From Paramicrosporidium saccamoebae KSL3 (taxonomy: Eukaryota; Fungi; Cryptomycota): 7,767 bases of DNA. Under the pieces are notes generated by a model that was not told where the DNA came from, made no database searches, and saw nothing but the letters and a program-made list of their open reading frames with translations. The position numbers were made by a program, and so were the translations under genes. Numbering within the stretch: position 1 is the first letter of the stretch; each line of letters begins with the position of its first letter. Location of the stretch: the NCBI GenBank assembly GCA_002794465.1, contig MTSL01000119.1, positions 1 through 7,767 on the forward strand, given 5' to 3'. Positions 1-7,662 of this stretch are shown here, one piece after another.

Positions 1-39
1 GCAAAGCGATCCACTCTAGCACACAAATACGTCTCACTG

Positions 40-149
40 TTCTCAAATACCCAGCAACTCAGTCTTTTCTGAACTAATCAACCCTCTACGTCAAATACCC
101 GACTAATCAATCCTCTACCTCTACCTCTACCTCTACCTCTACGTCACAC
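40..149 (-). repeat. Repeat family A, rearranged cluster of about 2.5 copies
   Basis: ttctcaaatacccagc (40-55), actaatcaaccctctacgtca (73-93) and actaatcaatc(ctctac)5gtcacac (102-149) match the reverse complement of 4537-4574 (ttctcaaatacccagctaatcaatcctctacgtcacac). Confidence 0.9.
113..142. repeat. Hexamer microsatellite (CTCTAC)5 inside a repeat A copy
   Basis: Five perfect tandem ctctac units read directly from the sequence. Confidence 0.97.
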
Positions 150-377
150 TTGAGCATTCGAGCTACACATTTCACGCATGAATACAACCAGGAGCCTCTG
201 GCACCGGTACTCGACTTGATACAAACAGAACTATACGGAAAGCAAAATCTCAATCATGCTATCTATAGCAAACTAAAAATAGGTTTATCAGAATAAGGTA
301 ATCATGTTAGGGCATCAATTGAGCCAAGTATAAGCTTGTTACGCAGAAATTGGGATAAAAATCGTTTCTTGTTGGAC

Positions 378-2114
378 TTAATCCAAGTCTTCGTCGCTCG
401 ACTCTTCTTCCTCGGAAGACATGGCACCGGCAGCCGCAGTTGCGGCCGCTGCGGCGGGAGTAGGTCCTCCTCCTACGGTGGGCTTCTTGGTGCCCGAACC
501 GCCCGTGCTAGGCTTCTTGCGCTTAGCAGAGGCTCCAGTTTCGCCCAGAATGGCAGCCAAGGAGGTGATTCCCTTGCATTCCATGACATATCTTTGCAGC
601 TGTCGAAGCGTGCGCACATTCAGACTCTCAATGTCAAGCTCAATGACGTCCGAGTCGCCTTGGGCCTCGAGTGCCATGCCAGCCTGGATAATTTCCACCA
701 CTCGTCCAAGCTTTTCGGGGGGAAGATTGTTGACCTCAATGCTGAGCTGGCGCTTCTCCTCAAAGGACATGGGCCTCGACAAAAACTCTTCCTCTGTGAT
801 GGGCGCCGAACCGGGTTTGCTCGCGGGACGGGATGCCTTTTTTGGTCGCGGAGTCGCCCCTGCCGTCATGGAGGATGACCTGTTCCTGCGCTTCATCAGC
901 AGAGTATTCAGTTCCTGCTGAAGAGCTTGGATCTGCCGGTTAATTTCCAAAATCTTTTCAGAATCCGAGTCGACATCGTCGTAGCTGGATCCTGCATAGC
1001 CCCATTGAGCCGGTTTCTGTGCCCATTTAGAGTCGAACAGCTTTTCAAAGGCGCGACAAAGGGACACTACATCCGAATCAGGAGCATTGTAACTGTAGCA
1101 GTTGGAGAAGATGAGACGGACGTCACCCTCAAACTGCTCAGCAGTTGTGTATTGGCCTGCTTCCAGCTTACGACGGACTGTAGAGAGATCCATCGGCTGC
1201 TTGATCACGTCGTAATAGTCGGGAATGCCGAGTTTGGCGGGATCCACTGGCTCTAGGAACGGCCACGCAATAGCCAAATGTGCCTTTTTGGTCAGCTCTT
1301 TCAGGACGTTGTTGCAGAAGGCGAGTTCGGGGTTGCTCGTTGAACGCGCCCGGCTACGAGGAGTGCTGGACCCCACAGCATTTGCAAGGCGATGGGGAGC
1401 ATGAGACTCGCGACGAGCACGAGTGGCAGAGAGGGGAGTCGAGGTGCTTCGTTTTTTGTCATCCTCGCCAGGTAGTGGCAAAGAGGTGGGCAACTTTCCA
1501 ATGGCCGTGTTGAAATATTTTTCCAGGGAATGTCCCATTTTGGAGACTTGGCTGTCGGGATGGTTGTATGAGAAGCAGTTTTGGAGCATAAGACGAATAT
1601 CGGCTATAAACGAGTCGGCATCGGCATACTCTCCCGCCTCCAGCTTTTTGGAGACAAGACTAAGATCCATGGGGTTTTTGATAATGTCAAAATAATCGGG
1701 AATATTCAAGGCCAAGGGGTCTACTGGCGCTTGGAAGGGAGGAGACTGAGGATGTCGCTTCAAGCCCTTAAGGACTGTGGCACAATAACGAAGTTGCTCC
1801 TTGACCAGAGCAGGCGACTTGTCCTCGGCACCTGCATCGACCGCAGAAGCCTCGACGCCGGCAGCAGATTCGGTGTTTTCAGCAGCAGTCTCAAGAACAG
1901 CAACCCCAGCAGCAGACTGCTCCGAGGTCTCTGGAACCGAGTTAGACTCTACCACTACAGTCTCTACTATTGTCGTCACCGTCTCCTGAACTAGTTCTGC
2001 TTCGAGTACTGGCTGGACGTCCTCTTTTTGAGGAAGCGGCTTGGTGGGAATCTCTGTATGAACGTCAGTATCGTTCAGGTTGTTGACTTCTTCCTCCGTG
2101 TGCATAGTTAGCAT
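378..2114 (-). CDS. BDF1: BET-family double-bromodomain protein (Bdf1/BRD2-4-like), 578 aa, no intron in the CDS
   Basis: Acidic N-terminus; BD1 at about aa 107-209 (PPF..PVDP..IPDYFDIIKNPMDL..NCFSYN); BD2 at about aa 263-368 (WPFLEPVD..PDYYDVIKQPMDL..NCYSYN); coiled-coil segment; ET domain (MSFEEKRQLS..LPPEKLGRVVEII..IELDIESL..TLRQL); C-terminal SEED-like tail SSEEEESSDEDLD. The start could be Met4 (2105). Confidence 0.95.
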   Translation of the reverse strand: MLTMHTEEEVNNLNDTDVHTEIPTKPLPQKEDVQPVLEAELVQETVTTIVETVVVESNSVPETSEQSAAGVAVLETAAENTESAAGVEASAVDAGAEDKSPALVKEQLRYCATVLKGLKRHPQSPPFQAPVDPLALNIPDYFDIIKNPMDLSLVSKKLEAGEYADADSFIADIRLMLQNCFSYNHPDSQVSKMGHSLEKYFNTAIGKLPTSLPLPGEDDKKRSTSTPLSATRARRESHAPHRLANAVGSSTPRSRARSTSNPELAFCNNVLKELTKKAHLAIAWPFLEPVDPAKLGIPDYYDVIKQPMDLSTVRRKLEAGQYTTAEQFEGDVRLIFSNCYSYNAPDSDVVSLCRAFEKLFDSKWAQKPAQWGYAGSSYDDVDSDSEKILEINRQIQALQQELNTLLMKRRNRSSSMTAGATPRPKKASRPASKPGSAPITEEEFLSRPMSFEEKRQLSIEVNNLPPEKLGRVVEIIQAGMALEAQGDSDVIELDIESLNVRTLRQLQRYVMECKGITSLAAILGETGASAKRKKPSTGGSGTKKPTVGGGPTPAAAAATAAAGAMSSEEEESSDEDLD

Positions 2115-2147
2115 GACAAATTTGGTTTCTGTCTACTCGATAGTCGC

Positions 2148-2270
2148 CTACGCAGGGTTAGTATCTGGAAACCACCCCGGTCTCGAGACTAATGATGAGG
2201 CCTCCTCCGACCTCGGAGTATCCATCCATCATAAGCAGCCACAGGTCTCGAGGGCCGGTTCGACTATTAC
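2148..2270 (-). other. Predicted 123-nt structured intron in the BET 5' UTR
   Basis: Donor AAG|GTAATA at 2270, perfect branch point TACTAAC at 2163-2157, acceptor TAG at 2150-2148, 33 nt before the ATG. The upstream exon has no ATG. Nested inverted repeats lie inside. The donor choice is less certain than the acceptor. Confidence 0.6.
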
Positions 2271-2376
2271 CTTAATTGAGACGGATTAAAGCGAGAAATC
2301 AAACGAGAAGAGTGAGGAGTGCTGACAAAGTCTCCTCTCTACTGGTTGTACGCCGAGAAATGCGCAGCGGACGCCC

Positions 2377-2390
2377 TATAAAGCCAATCG
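2377..2390. promoter_or_regulatory. CCAAT (NF-Y-type) box with adjacent TATA-like element, candidate BET promoter
   Basis: agccaatcg (2382-2390) fits the RRCCAATSR consensus and tataaa lies at 2377-2382, about 110 nt upstream of the predicted UTR-intron donor. Confidence 0.4.
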
Positions 2391-2403
2391 ACCCCTGGTC
2401 AAT

Positions 2404-3630
2404 TTATGTATTCCCGCCAAAATTTGCTTTTGCTATATGCTGGAGGTAGCTTACGGTGAGGCGTTGGGCTGCAGACCGCAGCGACTCGCTCCCCAAAGCT
2501 ACTTTTGGACTATCGGGGTTTCGGGAAAGATATTCCTGGAACCTGCTGGTGGTTAGCTGATAAAATTAAAAAAATCAAACCTTGTGAGAAGCTCTTGTTG
2601 AGCGATGCTCGTGATCCATTTGGATTCCTGAATATTCCTCCTGTCAGGGATTGTCTAAAGTAACTTGGACCAGGTTCTTGGGATGGAGTACTTGGAGAGA
2701 CTCTATGTGCTCTTGGATGGCCTCCCAGGCCTCGGAAATGCCTCTTCCATTCCTCCCCGAAATAGGCAGCACCTGACAGGTCAGTCGACACAGATAGCAG
2801 TACTTTTTTCGACTTACCACCAAGTGCATATTTCATGGCGCTTTTGTATTCAAATAAAGTCTGATTTGCGCCTTTGTCCAAGGGGTCATCAGCCTTGTTG
2901 ACGAGGATAATATCAGCCATTTCTGTGATGCCCTTTTTCAAGCCCTACCAAATTGGCTAAGGAGGATGGGTACCTGCAGCTCGTCGCCGATCCCAGGTGC
3001 AACGAGGAGGATGAACATGTCCACCAGGTCCATGACTGCCAACTCGGACTGTCCCACTCCCACCGTCTCGACCACGACAATGTCGTATCCCGCATCTAGC
3101 TAATCATGGCCACATTTACAGCATGTACATTCACAGAGACGGATTGTATCAAATGTGGAAACGACAACTCCGCCTGAATCGCCATGATTTGGAGATGACC
3201 TGATATATGCGTGTTCCTCGAGCGACAGATATGGCATTCGGGTCTTATCGCCGAGAATTGAGCCGCCTGACCGCACCGAGGACGGATCCACCGTCTATAA
3301 TCAATGGTCATCAGCCACAGCTACGAGGACGGCGAGATGTTTTTGTTGGTCATTAACGAGGAACATGCCGAATCGCTCAATCAAGGTGGACTTTCCAACA
3401 CCGGGTGCGCCTGAGAATCCCAATCTAATTGCCGGCTTGTGGGTGCCCTTTTCTGCAAGAGCGGAGAATAGGTCAGAGACGAGCAGCTGGTCGGCGGGCA
3501 GACGCGACTCGAGGAGGGTAATGGCTCTCGACAGGACATGACGGTCGCCGTTCTGGATCGACTTTGCCATCATTGGGATGTCGCCCGTGCTAAGGGAGGT
3601 GATTTGTCGGACTATCGACTTGCATAGCAT
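2404..3630 (-). CDS. MMAA: MMAA/MeaB (ArgK-family) GTPase chaperone of methylmalonyl-CoA mutase, about 342 aa, 7 exons
   Basis: Exons 3630-3325, 3294-3129, 3095-2974, 2944-2804, 2772-2692, 2654-2581 and 2542-2404 sum to 1029 nt in one open frame. Motifs: [11 protein letters not shown]-loop [86 protein letters not shown]. The N-terminus [15 protein letters not shown] resembles a mitochondrial presequence. The last acceptor is a CAGCAG tandem (2546 or 2543). Confidence 0.93.
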
Positions 3631-3632
3631 GA

Positions 3633-4456
3633 ATGTACCGACAAGGGTGTCGCATGATAGAATATTTGTATGGACACCAGCCGGTCATGGCGGCCTTACA
3701 GGCGCAAGTCCGACGTGCATATCAACTGCTAATCTACGAGGGCAGTCCTGCGTCTCAGTAGCATTCCGTTCAGTCTTAATGTGTAGACAGAAGATTGAGG
3801 AAATTGTGCAGCTGGCAAGGTCGCGGTCCATACGGATGCAATTCACAACCAAAACGCAGTTGGACGACCTGTGTCAGCAACGGCCGCACCAGAATGTCGC
3901 CCTTCAGGTTGAGCCACTCTCCCTGCCCACCGTGGAATCTCCCTCTGGCCGTCTGTCGCTTTTGCTAGCGGACATTGTGGATCCACAGAACATTGGCTCC
4001 ATCATTAGGTCGGCGGCATTCTTTGGCGTGCATAACGTTTATTTGACAAAGGGCTGTGCAGGCCAGAGTCCAACAGTCTCCAAGGCAAGTGCGGGGTCGT
4101 TGGAGTGGTTCACACACCAGATGGCGTGGTGTCGACGGGGGGCTGCGTTTGTACAAAAGGCTGAAGAAGCAGGCTATCGGGTGGTAGCTACTGGGATGGG
4201 TGTGAATGCAGGGTCGGTGTGGGAAATGTCGCAGGACGATCGACCAATCCTGCTGGTTCTTGGAAACGAAGGAGCCGGAATCCCCAGAGGGATTTTGGAA
4301 AAATGCAAGGAAACGATCAAAATTCCTGATATTGGCTCGAGAATGGACTCGTTAAATGTCGGAGTGGCGGCTGCCGTGATGGTTGCCCATCTTTGCCGTT
4401 TCAATACTGTGAGACAAGACCCGCTGCCCGTTAGGGTCCCCAATCCGACATGCTGA
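3633..4456 (+). CDS. MRM1: SpoU/SPOUT rRNA 2'-O-methyltransferase, MRM1/RlmB-like, about 264 aa, 2 exons
   Basis: Exon 1 (3633 or 3654 to 3757) encodes MIEYLYGHQPVMAAL, the conserved N-terminal motif of RlmB/MRM1. Intron 3758-3786 (29 nt, gtagca..cttaat..gtgtag) joins it to the frame with DPQNIGSIIRSAAFFG, SKASAG, LVLGNEGAGI and DSLNVGVAAAV. The family call is firm; the MRM1 orthology and the exact start are less so. Confidence 0.85.
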
Positions 4457-4536
4457 TAGCGATTATATTTAGAAAGGGTACGCTCTTTAATAGACTTTTT
4501 ATGAGATGATATATATACAAATGATACGGGATTACG

Positions 4537-4680
4537 GTGTGACGTAGAGGATTGATTAGCTGGGTATTTGAGAATGGTTCCCTAGGGTGGAGAAGGGATA
4601 ATAAGAACAATCGATGAAGTGTGACGTAGAAGACTGATTAGTTGGGTGTTTGGAGAAGAGATAATCAGAACAATCGATGA
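4537..4680 (+). repeat. Repeat family A, tandem pair
   Basis: gtgtgacgtagaggattgattagctgggtatttgagaa (4537-4574) and gtgtgacgtagaagactgattagttgggtgtttggagaa (4619-4657) differ by 4 substitutions and 1 indel. Both units end in ggagaagRgataatMagaacaatcgatga (4589-4617, 4652-4680). The second unit lacks about 19 nt. Confidence 0.93.
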
Positions 4681-4725
4681 GGGATAATGATATCTTTGTC
4701 ATTTGAGAACTACTACGTGATTTTT

Positions 4726-4826
4726 GAGACTATAAAATGACTTACAAATTGATATTAAGTGAGTTCCCTTGTCTCCCAAATAAATAATAGTGACAAAGCC
4801 CGTGGTGTTATCCCCACTACGCGACA
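4726..4826 (+). repeat. Repeat family B, degenerate copy B1
   Basis: gagactataaaa (4726-4737) and ccgtggtgttatccccactacgcgaca (4800-4826) recur in the same order at 4877-4888 and 4936-4962; the second block is 26/27 identical. Confidence 0.85.
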
Positions 4827-4876
4827 GAAGGATGATGAGGTCTATATCTTTACCATTTTATGATTATGTTATTTGT

Positions 4877-4963
4877 GAGACTATAAAAGGGTCCGTTGGA
4901 TTGACTGAAGAAATTCTCTTCTCACCTAAACTGGGCCGTGGTATTATCCCCACTACGCGACAA
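4877..4963 (+). repeat. Repeat family B, copy B2
   Basis: 4911-4963 is 52/53 identical to the reverse complement of 7715-7767. Confidence 0.95.
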
Positions 4964-5082
4964 TAGGCGGATGCTGCTTAACCGACCCCGTTGGTTAGCG
5001 ATACTACGCCTCTGCTAAAGGCGCCATTATAGATAACCGCTCTCAATAGTCTCACTTGTCACTCAAACGCCAACAATTACAA

Positions 5083-6985
5083 TTACGTTTGCCGTGCTAC
5101 GCTATAATGACTACAAAAATCGACTCTGGACATGAATTGGCTCTCATGGGTGATGCGATCCACTTCCTTCATCAAGTCAAATGTAATCTCGGGGGTGACC
5201 ACCGAGTCACGTTGGTATCCGGGATGGTTCTGTACAAAATTCCTCATCCAGGATGCGGGCGTCAGTAGCTCTCCCGAAGCACGCATCCGGATCAGGGTCA
5301 GATATTCGGACAATCTGCCTCGGGTTGTCTCGTCCACACTAACAGAGTCCAAATATTGATCCACAAGTGTCGCCAGTCCAACAAATTTGTCGCTTCCATT
5401 GATAATGTCATTGACGGTCAGTTCGGTGAGACATTCATCCGCACATCCCTCTCGATACGGATCACAGGGAAAATGAAACCTCTGACTTTTCAGAGAATCC
5501 CGACGATGGGCCCGCTGCATGTTCTCATCCACCAAACTAAGGGGCATGTAAAAGTTTAGATTGTAAACAAGAATAATTCTGGTCAGCAACACGATAAAAA
5601 CGGAAAAGGCGGCATTTTCAAACTCTGTGGGCTGCACCTCCATCGGACGAAACTCGACACGCCATCCGATGGAATCATCTTCAGCTGGGGGCGGCTTGAA
5701 CCGCATTGTCTGCCAATTGGTAGATTGAATGTTCTCAAAATGATCGGAAGAGTTGTTGTCTTGATCGACAAGCTCGGAAAAGATGACCAAGGGATCTCTG
5801 ATGAACAGCCAGGCAAAATGCTTGGCTAGCAAGTCATCAAATCCCGCCTCAATGAGACGATCGTAGGTTTTGCCGTTGTAGGGGACATTGAGATCATTGT
5901 ACTGGGGAAGCAATCTGGGATCCATGGCGATGAATCGACTGATTGATGCATACCGTGACTTTGGAATATATGCACTGCCTGACACGCGCTCTTTGTTGGT
6001 GCGATCATCCACCGACGCTGAAATGACGTTCCATCTACAATCAACATCGGCCAAGTATCCTCTGTAAATGGGAGTTGAAGCAGTCAGTGCCATCTACCAA
6101 TTAGCTGCAATTATTGCCAAGTACCACTATGGGACACATGACGGCGAGCTGATCATACAAATGACGAGCCTCCAGGATATCTCGAGCCTGGAATGTAATT
6201 TGCAGACAACAGCAGCCCATTCCAAATCCCATTGCATCCATATAAATTGTATCTCGCTTGGTGTTGTTCTGCGTCGAACCCGGAAATGCGGACGTTGTCT
6301 CTGAATCAACAACCATTTTGGTGTTCGTGTCCCGGAACAATGGTAGTTCAATACAAACCTTTTCGCCACGTCTCTCTCGGATGTTTCTGGTGATCGTCTT
6401 GAATCGTGGATGTTTGTTAATGAATTCGTCGGGGAAGAATAGGGATCGCGATGCCTCGTTGGTTAATGTTGTGGCCAGGGGATCGGCAAATGCATCTTTG
6501 CATCCAAGTCGCGGGAAATTACCAATTGCCAAGAGACTTTCGTTGGGACGGAGGTGCAGCTCGGCCTGGCGTCTGCGGAGGGTCATGTCCCGTTCTACGC
6601 AAAGCAGATCCTTGACATCGTGGCGGTAGGGTTTTGCTGGAGTCGCCTCCAACATATACCGTCCATATTCTGGATGCCAAGTTGCTGTAAAACTCTCCAT
6701 CGCCTCGGTGCAACATTCTGGTAGCGAGTGCGACTTTTCCGCCATCTCCGTCTTTAGCTGTTCCAACATTTCCTCCGCCCGTACCGTCACATGGCAGCTC
6801 TTGTCGTTGCCAAATCGCACCACAATATACTCCACTTCATCTCCCCACTTTAGATAATCATGTGTTCGGTCTTTTAGCCGTTCAAACACTCGAATCAGCT
6901 GTTCCACGCCGCCTGCCCGAACCTTTTCGGCCAAGGGCTTCGCATCCTCCCAATTTAACGGAGTCCCACAAGAGAGTAAACCCAT
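5083..6985 (-). CDS. GSH1: Glutamate-cysteine ligase catalytic subunit, about 623 aa, 2 exons
   Basis: MGLLSCGTPLNW, LKWGDEVEY, WHPEYGRYMLEATP, YMDAMGFGMGCCCLQITFQ, CRWNVISASVDDRT, ENIQSTNWQTMRFKPPP, GWRVEFRPMEVQ. Intron 6124-6094 (31 nt, gtactt..gctaat..ggtag) joins CPIV to MALTAS in phase 0. Confidence 0.97.
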
Positions 6986-7077
6986 GGGCGGATCTGATTG
7001 GCTGGGGGTGCATGTTTGACGCGCAACCCAAGCTGGTCGGTGCCAATTGGTTCCGCCGGGCTTGGTAAGAGAGTGGA
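6986..7077. promoter_or_regulatory. 92-bp divergent GSH1/PRA1 promoter with CCAAT boxes
   Basis: Space between two head-to-head ATGs. tgattggct (6995-7003) is agccaatca on the minus strand; the palindrome ccaattgg (7043-7050) carries CCAAT on both strands. Confidence 0.5.
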
Positions 7078-7612
7078 ATGGAGGGACTACAGGAATTTAG
7101 ACAGGAGAAGATGGCCAACATGAGGCCTTGGATGACTGAATTTCTGAACCGGGAACAATTCTCCACTCCCGATGGCTATTCTATGGCGCAGAATCGCATC
7201 ACGGCTAATCTGCGCTACTTCCAGTCCAACTATCTGGTCGTGGGTCTGGTGCTGTACCTCTATTGCGTGTAATTTCATTATGGGTGGGCTAACTTTTGCA
7301 GCTTTCAGCATATAATCCTGGCGGCCATGATGACTGCTCTGGTAGTCTCGTACATCTACACTGCCAATCTCCCCGAGTCGTACAGCGCCCAAGTCGGTGG
7401 AATGACTATAACCAAGAGGCTCCTCTATGTGGGGCTTGTTGTCGTGGGGATTTTGATGTTGATATTCACAAACGTTGGATCAGCCTTTTTCTGGCTGCTT
7501 GGGGTAACCAGCTTGATTGTTGGAGCGCATGCTGCCTTGCACGAGGTTTGGGTTTTGGGTCAACCTAATGTTGTAGGTGAGCGTTGAAACGGATTTTGGC
7601 CAGCATGCGTGA
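7078..7612 (+). CDS. PRA1: PRA1 family (prenylated Rab acceptor 1 / Yip3), about 156 aa, 3 exons
   Basis: Exons 7078-7268, 7302-7545 and 7577-7612 total 471 nt. Introns 7269-7301 (33 nt, gctaac branch) and 7546-7576 (31 nt, cctaat branch). Motifs RPWxxEF, RITANLRYFQSNY, long hydrophobic segments and HAALHE, ending VSVETDFGQHA. Confidence 0.88.
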
Positions 7613-7656
7613 CCACGGCATGTCAGACGTGACATAGCATGACGCGACATGACATG

Positions 7657-7662
7657 AATAAA
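7657..7662 (+). terminator. Candidate polyadenylation signal of PRA1
   Basis: Canonical AATAAA 44 nt after the predicted stop codon. Confidence 0.5.

Noticed and set aside
113-142. Telomeric repeat
   Set aside because: Only five units, embedded in a repeat A copy with ordinary sequence on both sides.
2257-2265. tRNA B-box-like ggttcgact
   Set aside because: No T-stem pairing and no cloverleaf around it.
336-2289. Plus-strand ORFs overlapping BET (336-878, 421-921, 927-1256, 1280-1513, 1423-1695, 1581-1994, 1801-1989, 2080-2289) and minus ORF 1301-1501
   Set aside because: Shadow ORFs of a GC-rich CDS with no recognisable motifs.
2185-2334. Box C/D snoRNA on the plus strand (ATGATGA 2192-2198, CTGA 2322-2325, gagact/agtctc stem)
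   Set aside because: The terminal stem is 3 nt out of register for a K-turn, no guide was recognised, and the ATGATG is explained by the hairpin arm. An Rfam or snoscan run would settle it.
4409-4434. Extra 26-nt intron near the MRM1 3' end (gtgaga..ttag)
   Set aside because: No branch motif, shorter than all supported introns, and not needed because the frame is open to 4456.
4911-4930. U2 snRNA 5' end (attctcttctc..cct)
   Set aside because: The invariant GAUCAAGUGUAGUA branch-pairing region and an Sm site are missing.
4537-4963. CRISPR array
   Set aside because: Only two degenerate copies per family, no regular unique spacers, no cas genes, and a eukaryotic context.
7012-7100. Upstream PRA1 exon from ATG 7012 using the gtaaga donor at 7065
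   Set aside because: The only frame-preserving nearby acceptor (7100) creates a TGA, and the others shift the frame.
2404-7612. MMAA, GSH1 and PRA1 as frameshifted pseudogenes
   Set aside because: Every break is spanned by a 29-38 nt GT-AG intron, and removing them restores continuous conserved proteins.
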